This document shows positions 57,596-64,000 of a stretch of DNA of 64,000 nucleotides, piece by piece. The stretch comes from Pseudolabrys sp. (GTDB taxonomy: Bacteria; Pseudomonadota; Alphaproteobacteria; Rhizobiales; Xanthobacteraceae): the NCBI GenBank assembly GCA_036273755.1, contig DASUGZ010000172.1:4122-68121 (forward strand), written 5' to 3'. The position numbers were made by a program, and so were the translations under genes. The notes beneath the pieces were generated by a model. The model was given only the letters and a program-made list of their open reading frames with translations, did not search any database and was not told the origin of the DNA. Within the stretch, counting starts at the first letter, position 1, and each line of letters starts with the position of its first letter.

Positions 57596-58866
57596 TGTGC
57601 TGCCGCCTTTGGCCCCAGCGCGCGAGCGGTGTCGGCGGCGAATCGATTTGCCGCCGCAAGCGCTGCCTGGCGCGCTTGCGCCTTTTGGATCCAGCCTCGC
57701 GCCGGCGCGCGAGTTTCGCTGTCCAGTTTGCCAAGATCGGCGAGCGCCGCGGCGATGTCTGACTTCGCCGTGTCGATCTCGAGGCGGGCCAGAACCGCGG
57801 ACGGCTCGTCGCCGGGCGGCGCGGCAACCGGGTGGATACGCACCAGTTTGCCGGCGTTGGCCTCAAGCCGCTCGAGGAAGCCACCCTGTGGCGCCGAAGC
57901 ATTGGCGAGCTTGATCATGGGCGGCAGCAGCGCATTGAGCTCGCGCGCCAGCGCTGACGCCGCCGGCAACCCGCTGTTTGCGAACGGTGCCAGGGGCGCC
58001 AGGATCTTGTCGTCGGCTTCGAGCGCCTTTGCCTGAGCCAGCTCTGCCGCAAATGGCGCGCCGCTTGTCACGGCGTCGCGCAGGATCGCTGCGCTCAAAG
58101 CGAGTCGCGCGGCGACGTCGGCGGAGGACGCCTTGGCAATGTCGTCGCGTGCGACTTTGGCGGATTTCTCGAGGGCCGCGATCCGGCTTTGCAGCGCGTC
58201 GAGTTCGGACTGCGTCATTCCAGCAGGCGAATTCTTGGCAGCCTCCTGCACGCCGGCCCGCAAATCGGTCACCGCCTTTGCCGCAGCATCGGCGCGCTCG
58301 CGCGCCTGGCCAGCATTGGCGGCGATATCGTCGCTTCGATGATTCAGAGCGGTAAGCGCGACGCCGAGCGACTTCATGGCGCTTTCGGCGGCGGCGAGCC
58401 GATCGGCGAGGCCGGTATCGTCCGCCGGCAGCTTCTTGATGTCCGCTTCGAGCGCGCCGACACGCTGGGTCAGCGCATCGAGCACTTTATTGTCGGCGGC
58501 TCCTTGCGGGGCAGCCGTTGTGGAGGTTGCCCGTTGCTGCGGCAGCAGGCCGCCGCCATAGAGCCCGAGAAGCACCAATAGCGTCGTAGCCACGCCGGCG
58601 GCGCCGCCACCAAGCGCAGCCATGCCAAATGCGTTGCCGAGCCGCTTCGGTGGCGCATCGGCCGGGGCGGCTTCCTCAGGCGCAGCCTCTACCGCGGCTG
58701 GTGGCGGATCGGGCCGTGGCGGCTGCGGCGCACTGTCTTGCGCGCGCGGCACTTCAGTCGCGGTGAGGTCGATGGTCGGCGCCACCCGCTTTTTACGGCG
58801 CGACTGTTCGGGCGCGGCTTGTGGGGCGCCTTCGGGCGTATCCGGCGTGGTGCGCTTGTCTGCCAT
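57592..58866 (-). CDS. HemX-position, mitofilin-like (COG4223) coiled-coil membrane protein
   Basis: Start refined to ATG 58866 (GAGGA upstream). A Pro/Ala-rich N-terminus is followed by a single TM (GGGAAGVATTLLVLLGLYGG) and then long Ala-rich helical regions. Its stop overlaps the hemY start (ATGA). Confidence 0.7.
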   Translation of the reverse strand: MADKRTTPDTPEGAPQAAPEQSRRKKRVAPTIDLTATEVPRAQDSAPQPPRPDPPPAAVEAAPEEAAPADAPPKRLGNAFGMAALGGGAAGVATTLLVLLGLYGGGLLPQQRATSTTAAPQGAADNKVLDALTQRVGALEADIKKLPADDTGLADRLAAAESAMKSLGVALTALNHRSDDIAANAGQARERADAAAKAVTDLRAGVQEAAKNSPAGMTQSELDALQSRIAALEKSAKVARDDIAKASSADVAARLALSAAILRDAVTSGAPFAAELAQAKALEADDKILAPLAPFANSGLPAASALARELNALLPPMIKLANASAPQGGFLERLEANAGKLVRIHPVAAPPGDEPSAVLARLEIDTAKSDIAAALADLGKLDSETRAPARGWIQKAQARQAALAAANRFAADTARALGPKAAAQ

Positions 58867-58928
58867 AAACGTCCTCGAATCGGCCCACCCGCCCGCAGGA
58901 AATAACGCAATTGGCGCAGCGGCGCCAA

Positions 58929-59642
58929 TCAACCCTGCGCCTGCTCCAGGCTGGCGAGCAATGCCGCCTCATCCGGGCGCGACGCAATCGCAATCCGGCT
59001 GGCGCCGGCTTCGCTCAACGGGGCGGCGATCTGCGCCGACAGACAAATATGCCGCACGCTCAAGGCTTGGCCGGTGACGGCCGCTTGTTTCGCCCCGGCG
59101 ATGTAATTCTCGGCGCTGCGCTTGGAGAAATGCAACACGGCATCGATCTCGGCGGCTTTGAGCGCGGCCGTCAATTCGGGCGGAAACGGCGCGGTGACCG
59201 CGCGATAGACCACCGCCATCTCGGCGGCGATGCCGTGCAACACCAGTTCGCCAACCAGGTCCGCGGCGCGATCCTCGCCAGCGAGATACAAGAGAGGTGC
59301 GGCCGCCTCGGGGCGCCGCTCTGCGATCAACCGTGCCAGATCGCGCACGACGCCATCCGCCGAGGCGACGTTAGTGAAGCCCGCTTGACGCGCGGCCTCG
59401 GCGCCGCGCCGGCCGACGGCGAAGACCGGAAGATGCAGCAACATCTTGCAGGCCGGATGGCCAACGATTGCGCCCGGCGCGTTGGCGCTGGTGATGATGA
59501 CGCCGCCCCAATCGCCCGAAAGATCGGCGGCAACCGGCTCAACCCGCATCAGCGGCGCCAGCAGGACGTCGTGCCCGCGCGCGCGCAGCGCGGCGGCGGT
59601 GCGCTCACCGTCGGCCTGCGGGCGGGTGACGACGAGACGCAT
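58929..59642 (-). CDS. hemD: uroporphyrinogen-III synthase
   Basis: 237 aa. It reads MRLVVTRPQADGERTAAALRARGHDVLLAPL... and starts 2 nt downstream of the hemC stop. Confidence 0.8.
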   Translation of the reverse strand: MRLVVTRPQADGERTAAALRARGHDVLLAPLMRVEPVAADLSGDWGGVIITSANAPGAIVGHPACKMLLHLPVFAVGRRGAEAARQAGFTNVASADGVVRDLARLIAERRPEAAAPLLYLAGEDRAADLVGELVLHGIAAEMAVVYRAVTAPFPPELTAALKAAEIDAVLHFSKRSAENYIAGAKQAAVTGQALSVRHICLSAQIAAPLSEAGASRIAIASRPDEAALLASLEQAQG

Positions 59643-59644
59643 GA

Positions 59645-60580
59645 TTAGTCGAAGAACCCGGGGCCGGCGAGGCGCTTCAATTCACGGCCGGCCTCGCTGC
59701 AGATCTTGATCGCGTCCGCGCGACGCCCAGTCGCGGCGATGTCGTGCGCGGCGGTGCCATCGGGGCGCACGATCAAACCGCGAAATGCAATCGTGCCGCC
59801 GTCAATCGTGGCATGGCCGCTGATCGGCGTCTTGCACGAGCCGTCGAGCACGGCAAGGAACGCGCGCTCGGCGGTGAGCGCGGTGAACGTGTCGTCGTGA
59901 TTGATGCGCGCGAGCGCCTCGCGCGTGCGTGCATCGCTTTCGCGCGCCTCGATGCCGATGGCGCCTTGCCCGACCGCCGGCAGAAACTCATCAGTACTCA
60001 TGATTTGGGTCGCGTGCTGGGTGAGGCCGAGCCGCTTCATGCCGGCGAGCGCCAGGATCGTGGCGTCGACTTCGCCGGCCTCGAGCTTGCGCAGCCGCGT
60101 CTCGACGTTGCCGCGCAGCGGCGTCACGCGCAGGTCGCCGCGCGCGCGCTTGGCGATCGCCTGCCGGCGTAGCGACGCGGTGCCGAGCGTCGCGCCGCTC
60201 GGCAGTTCGGCGAGCGAACCTGCTTTCAGGCTGATGAATACGTCGCGCGGATCCTCGCGCTCGAGACATGCCGCCAACATCAGACCAGGCTGCGAAAACG
60301 TCGGCATGTCTTTCGCCGAATGCACCGCGAGGTCGATGCGGCCATCAAGCAGGGCCTCTTCGATCTCCTTGGTGAACAGGCCCTTGCCGCCAACGTCGGC
60401 CAGCGGACGATCCTGGATGACGTCGCCTGAGGTGCGGATGATGACGAGTTCGATCGCATCCTCCGGCATGCCGAGCGCGGTCGACAGGCGCGCGCGCACA
60501 GTCCGCGCCTGCACCAGCGCCAGCGGGCTGCCGCGTGTGCCGATGCGCAGGGGGCCGGTGGATTGCGCCAAGGATTGCAA
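59645..60580 (-). CDS. hemC: hydroxymethylbilane synthase (porphobilinogen deaminase)
   Basis: I infer a TTG start at 60580 with GAGAGG 7 nt upstream, giving 311 aa. The track ORF extends to 60841, but that extension overlaps the tsaD promoter and start and looks non-coding. The protein reads [15 protein letters not shown]...RGNVETRL...[10 protein letters not shown]...C (dipyrromethane Cys). Confidence 0.88.
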   Translation of the reverse strand: MQSLAQSTGPLRIGTRGSPLALVQARTVRARLSTALGMPEDAIELVIIRTSGDVIQDRPLADVGGKGLFTKEIEEALLDGRIDLAVHSAKDMPTFSQPGLMLAACLEREDPRDVFISLKAGSLAELPSGATLGTASLRRQAIAKRARGDLRVTPLRGNVETRLRKLEAGEVDATILALAGMKRLGLTQHATQIMSTDEFLPAVGQGAIGIEARESDARTREALARINHDDTFTALTAERAFLAVLDGSCKTPISGHATIDGGTIAFRGLIVRPDGTAAHDIAATGRRADAIKICSEAGRELKRLAGPGFFD

Positions 60581-60653
60581 GTTGGGACCTCTCAATGCTA
60601 GGGCGTCATTTAGTGCACTGATTGCGCAAAAGGAAAGGCCGCGAGAGGCCGAA

Positions 60654-61727
60654 ATGATCGTCCTCGGCATCGAGACGACCTGCGACGAAACCGCGGCGGC
60701 AGTGGTAGAGTGGTCTGGCCACGGCCATGGCAGGATTTTGTCGAATATCGTGCTGTCGCAGGAGGCCGAACATGCCGCCTTCGGCGGCGTGGTGCCTGAG
60801 ATTGCCGCGCGAGCGCATGTCGAGGTGCTCGATTTTGTCATCGACGAAGCGATGGCGCAGCTCGGGCGCGGCTATGCCGCGCTCGACGGTGTCGCCGCGG
60901 CCGCGGGTCCAGGGCTCATCGGCGGTGTGATCGTCGGACTGACCACGGCGAAGGCGATCGCGCTGGTGCAACGCAAGCCGCTGATTGCGGTCAATCATCT
61001 CGAAGCCCACGCGCTTACCGCGCGGCTGACCGACGCGACCCCGTTCCCCTATTGCCTTTTCCTCGCTTCGGGTGGCCACACCCAGATTGTCGCCGTGCGC
61101 GGTGTCGGCGACTACGTGCGCCTCGGCACGACACAAGACGACGCCATCGGAGAGGCCTTCGACAAGACTGCAAAGCTGCTCGGCCTCGGCTATCCGGGCG
61201 GGCCCTTGGTCGAGCAGCAAGCCGCAATCGGCGACGCTACGCGATTCGCGCTGCCGCGGCCGATGCGCGGACGCAGAGAAGCCGACTTTTCCCTGTCCGG
61301 TTTAAAGACAGCGCTGCGGCTGGAAGCGGAAAAAATCGCGCCACTGTCCGAACAAGATGTCGCCGATCTATGCGCCTCGTTCCAGCAGGCGGTGGTCGAC
61401 GTAGTGCTCGACCGGCTGCGCTCGGGCCTGCGGCTGTTCCGCTCGAACTACGGCGCGCCGACCGCTCTGGTCGCGGCCGGCGGCGTGGCCGCCAATCTGG
61501 CGATCCGCAAGGTGCTCGAGCGTCTCGCCTTCGAGGTCGGCACCACGCTGGTGGTGCCGCCGCTCGAATTGTGCACCGACAACGGCGCCATGATCGCTTG
61601 GGCCGGCTGCGAACGGCTGGCCATGGGCCTGACCGACGCGCTCGACGTCACGCCGCGCGCGCGCTGGCCGCTCGACGAGGCCGCGGCCGCGAAGGGCAAA
61701 CTGCAACGTACGGCGGCATATAAATGA
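60654..61727 (+). CDS. tsaD: tRNA N6-adenosine threonylcarbamoyltransferase
   Basis: Start refined to ATG 60654 ([18 protein letters not shown]). It has HLEAH, GGHTQ and GGVAAN motifs. Confidence 0.95.
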   Translation: MIVLGIETTCDETAAAVVEWSGHGHGRILSNIVLSQEAEHAAFGGVVPEIAARAHVEVLDFVIDEAMAQLGRGYAALDGVAAAAGPGLIGGVIVGLTTAKAIALVQRKPLIAVNHLEAHALTARLTDATPFPYCLFLASGGHTQIVAVRGVGDYVRLGTTQDDAIGEAFDKTAKLLGLGYPGGPLVEQQAAIGDATRFALPRPMRGRREADFSLSGLKTALRLEAEKIAPLSEQDVADLCASFQQAVVDVVLDRLRSGLRLFRSNYGAPTALVAAGGVAANLAIRKVLERLAFEVGTTLVVPPLELCTDNGAMIAWAGCERLAMGLTDALDVTPRARWPLDEAAAAKGKLQRTAAYK

Positions 61728-62710
61728 CCATGCAGAAAATTTCTGTGCTCGGCGGCGGCGCCTGGGGAACGGCGCTGGCGCTGACCTGCGCGCGCGCCGG
61801 CCGCGACGTCACGCTGTGGGAGCACGAGGCCGATAACGCCGAGAGTCTGGCGAGCAAACGCGAGAGCCGTTTCCTGCCCGGCGTGCGGCTCGACGACAAA
61901 ATCAGAGTGACGCGCGCACTGGGCGAGGCGTCGCGCGCCGACGCGATCCTGCTGGTGGTGCCGGCGCAGGCGATGCGTTCGGTGGTTAAATCGCTGGCGC
62001 AGACGACGGGCGACGGCATGCCGCTGGTCGCCTGTGCCAAGGGCATCGAGGCGGGCACGCATAAATTCATGACCGAGGTGATCGCCGAATGCGCGCCGCG
62101 CGGGCAGCCCGGCATCCTGTCCGGGCCAAGCTTCGCCATCGACGTCGCCCGCGGCCTGCCGACGGCGGTCACCGTTGCGGCGGGCGACGAGGCCGTCGCG
62201 CGCGACCTCGCTCATGCGATGAACACCGGCACGTTCCGGCCCTATCACGCGACCGACGTGCGCGGCGTCGAACTTGGCGGCGCCACCAAGAACGTGCTGG
62301 CGATTGCCGCCGGCATCGTGACGGGCAAGGGCCTTGGCGCCAGCGCGCTAGCGGCGCTGACAACGCGCGGCTTTGCCGAATTGGTGCGGTTCGGCCGCGC
62401 CTTCGGCGCCAAGACCGAAACGATGATGGGCCTGTCGGGGCTCGGCGACCTGATTCTGACCTGCTCAACGCCTCAGTCGCGAAACTTCTCCTTCGGCGTC
62501 GCTCTCGGCAAAGGCGAAAAGCCGGATGGCGCCGCGCACGGTAAGCTTGCGGAAGGCGCCTTTACCGCGCCGGTGTTGCTGGAGATGGCGCGCGAAAAAA
62601 ATATCGAAATGCCGATCGCGGCTGCGGTCGCCGCTATTCTTGCCGGCAAGCTCAGCGTGGACGCTGCCATCGAATCGCTGATGACGCGACCGCTGAAAGC
62701 GGAGGGATAA
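61724..62710 (+). CDS. gpsA: NAD(P)H-dependent glycerol-3-phosphate dehydrogenase
   Basis: 328 aa. It reads [14 protein letters not shown] and KGIE, with an ATGA overlap with the tsaD stop. Confidence 0.95.
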   Translation: MTMQKISVLGGGAWGTALALTCARAGRDVTLWEHEADNAESLASKRESRFLPGVRLDDKIRVTRALGEASRADAILLVVPAQAMRSVVKSLAQTTGDGMPLVACAKGIEAGTHKFMTEVIAECAPRGQPGILSGPSFAIDVARGLPTAVTVAAGDEAVARDLAHAMNTGTFRPYHATDVRGVELGGATKNVLAIAAGIVTGKGLGASALAALTTRGFAELVRFGRAFGAKTETMMGLSGLGDLILTCSTPQSRNFSFGVALGKGEKPDGAAHGKLAEGAFTAPVLLEMAREKNIEMPIAAAVAAILAGKLSVDAAIESLMTRPLKAEG

Positions 62711-63127
62711 ATGGCCTACTGGCTGATGAAATCCGAGCCCGGCGCCTGGTCGTGGGACGAACAGGTGAAGGCGGGCAGCAAAGGCACCGCTTGGACCGGC
62801 GTTCGTAACTTCCAGGCCAAGGCCAATCTCATGAAGATGAAGAAAGGCGACCGCGCCTTCTTCTATCACTCCGGTGAGGGCAAGGCGGTGGTCGGCACCG
62901 TCGAAGTGACGCGCGAGAGTTATCCCGACCCGACCGCAAAGAAAGGCGAGCCGTGGATGGTCGTCGATGTCAAAGCGGTCGCGACCGCCGTCACTCCGGT
63001 GGAGTTGCAGGCCATCAAAGCGCAAACCAAACTCAAGGACATGGTGCTGGTGAAAAACTCGCGGCTTTCGGTGCAGCCGGTGACCGCGGACGAGTGGAAG
63101 CTCGTCTGCAAGATGGGCGGGCTGTAG
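62711..63127 (+). CDS. EVE (PUA-like, DUF55) domain protein
   Basis: 138 aa. It reads MAYWLMKSEPGAWSWDEQV...GVRNFQA.N.MK.MKKGDRAFFYHS and starts immediately after the gpsA stop. Confidence 0.85.
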   Translation: MAYWLMKSEPGAWSWDEQVKAGSKGTAWTGVRNFQAKANLMKMKKGDRAFFYHSGEGKAVVGTVEVTRESYPDPTAKKGEPWMVVDVKAVATAVTPVELQAIKAQTKLKDMVLVKNSRLSVQPVTADEWKLVCKMGGL

Positions 63128-63288
63128 CCGCTCACGCGCCGGGTCCTGAAAAGGGTCCGAAGGGCGGCTGAAGCTCCGCCAAAAGTGGGGCTTGGCGCGC
63201 CTTGTCGCGCGTGCGACCACCATCGCATAATAGACTTAACAACAAAGACGGTGCCCGCGGACCGATCCGGGGGCGGGAGGAAATTGCC

Positions 63289-64000
63289 ATGTCCGACAAG
63301 ATTTATGAGGTTCCGCCTGCCTGGCAGAAACGCGCTTTCGTCGACAAAGCCAAATACCAGGAGATGTACGCGCGGTCGATCAAGGACCCGAATGGCTTCT
63401 GGGCCGAGCAGGCCAAACGCCTCACCTGGTCGAAACCCTTCACAAAGGTGAAGAACACCTCCTACGCGCCGGGCAATATTTCGATCAAATGGTTCGAGGA
63501 CGGTACGCTCAACGCCTGCTTCAACTGCGTCGACCGCCATCTTGCCAGGCGCGGTGACCAGACCGCGATTATTTGGGAAGGAGACGATCCGAAGGATTCC
63601 AAGACGATCACCTACAAGCAGTTGCATGCCGAGGTGCAGAAGTTCGCCAACGTGCTCAAGAAACAGGGCGTGAAGAAAGGCGACCGCGTCACGATTTATA
63701 TGCCGATGGTTCTGGAAGCGGCCTACGCGATCCTCGCATGCGCGCGCATCGGCGCCATTCATTCGGTGATCTTCGGCGGCTTCTCACCGGATTCGATCGC
63801 CGGCCGCGTCGACGATTGCAAGTCCGACATCATTGTGACGGCCGACGAGGGCATCCGCGGCGGGCGTAAGATTCCGCTCAAGGCGAATGTCGACGCCGCC
63901 TGCGAGAAAGCGCCGGTCAAAAGCGTGATCGTGGTCAAGCGCACGAACGCGGCCGTGAACATGAAGCCCAACCGCGACGTCTACTACGACGATCTGGCGA
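63289..64000 (+). CDS. acs: acetyl-CoA synthetase (5' 237 codons; runs off window end)
   Basis: The ATG follows GGGAGG. The translation is [47 protein letters not shown]...AIIWEGDDP...[26 protein letters not shown]. Confidence 0.93.
   Translation, partial: MSDKIYEVPPAWQKRAFVDKAKYQEMYARSIKDPNGFWAEQAKRLTWSKPFTKVKNTSYAPGNISIKWFEDGTLNACFNCVDRHLARRGDQTAIIWEGDDPKDSKTITYKQLHAEVQKFANVLKKQGVKKGDRVTIYMPMVLEAAYAILACARIGAIHSVIFGGFSPDSIAGRVDDCKSDIIVTADEGIRGGRKIPLKANVDAACEKAPVKSVIVVKRTNAAVNMKPNRDVYYDDLA

Noticed and set aside
56141-58036. 631-aa plus-strand ORF
   Set aside because: It is antisense to hemY and the HemX-position gene, and is an Arg/Gly-rich shadow frame.
59901-60653. N-terminal 251-codon extension of tsaD in the ORF track (and the 60581..60841 extension of hemC)
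   Set aside because: The two extensions overlap each other on opposite strands, and neither is protein-like. Both genes have conserved N-termini with ribosome-binding sites at 60654 (tsaD) and 60580 (hemC).

Overview
This is a 64-kb, high-GC, densely coding chromosomal segment with about 60 CDS and 2 tRNAs. Gene content (DUF3551 protein, tandem glnK-amtB, giant NAD-GDH, a hemC-hemD-hemX-like-hemY operon, 'WVPAFAGMS'-type palindromic repeats) suggests a Bradyrhizobiaceae/Nitrobacteraceae-like alphaproteobacterium. That taxonomic call is inference only, because no search was possible.

Most of the window is core housekeeping:
- leuS-lptE-(unknown ORF)-holA
- yggS
- xthA
- lolA-ftsK plus an aminotransferase
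- two tandem glnK-amtB modules
- tesB
- a UbiH-family monooxygenase
- GST
- Trm112, a LON-N-domain protein and a YbbN-type thioredoxin
- a ProX/YbaK-like protein
- tRNA-Gly(GCC)
- ggt
- a 1619-aa NAD-glutamate dehydrogenase
- purH
- a heparinase II/III-like protein
- rsmB
- an MFS transporter
- tRNA-Thr(CGU)
- hemC-hemD-hemX-like-hemY
- tsaD-gpsA-EVE
- the 5' end of acs

The left 7 kb and the 16-19.5 kb region carry sensory and redox genes: a hybrid histidine kinase, a Tat-HiPIP, a globin-coupled MCP, and a cluster of DUF2171, a receiver protein, a Crp/Fnr regulator and a GGDEF cyclase.

I saw no rRNA, CRISPR array, transposase, integrase, phage genes or recognisable defence operon.

I cannot point to one clear-cut new multi-gene system. 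The best candidates for unexplained biology are:
1. An unassignable Rossmann/methyltransferase-like ORF embedded in the leuS-lptE-holA operon.
2. A 3-gene amino-sugar modification islet with atypical codon usage next to leuS, whose third gene has no recognisable family.
3. A solitary HerA/DUF87-type ATPase with a proline-rich tail and no NurA/SIR2-type partner.
4. A 33-codon hydrophobic micro-ORF with a perfect Shine-Dalgarno and a strong intrinsic terminator, just upstream of an MFS transporter.
5. Several palindromic or structured intergenic elements around the nitrogen genes.

All start-codon refinements, family names and regulatory sites come from reading the sequence and need database or experimental confirmation.
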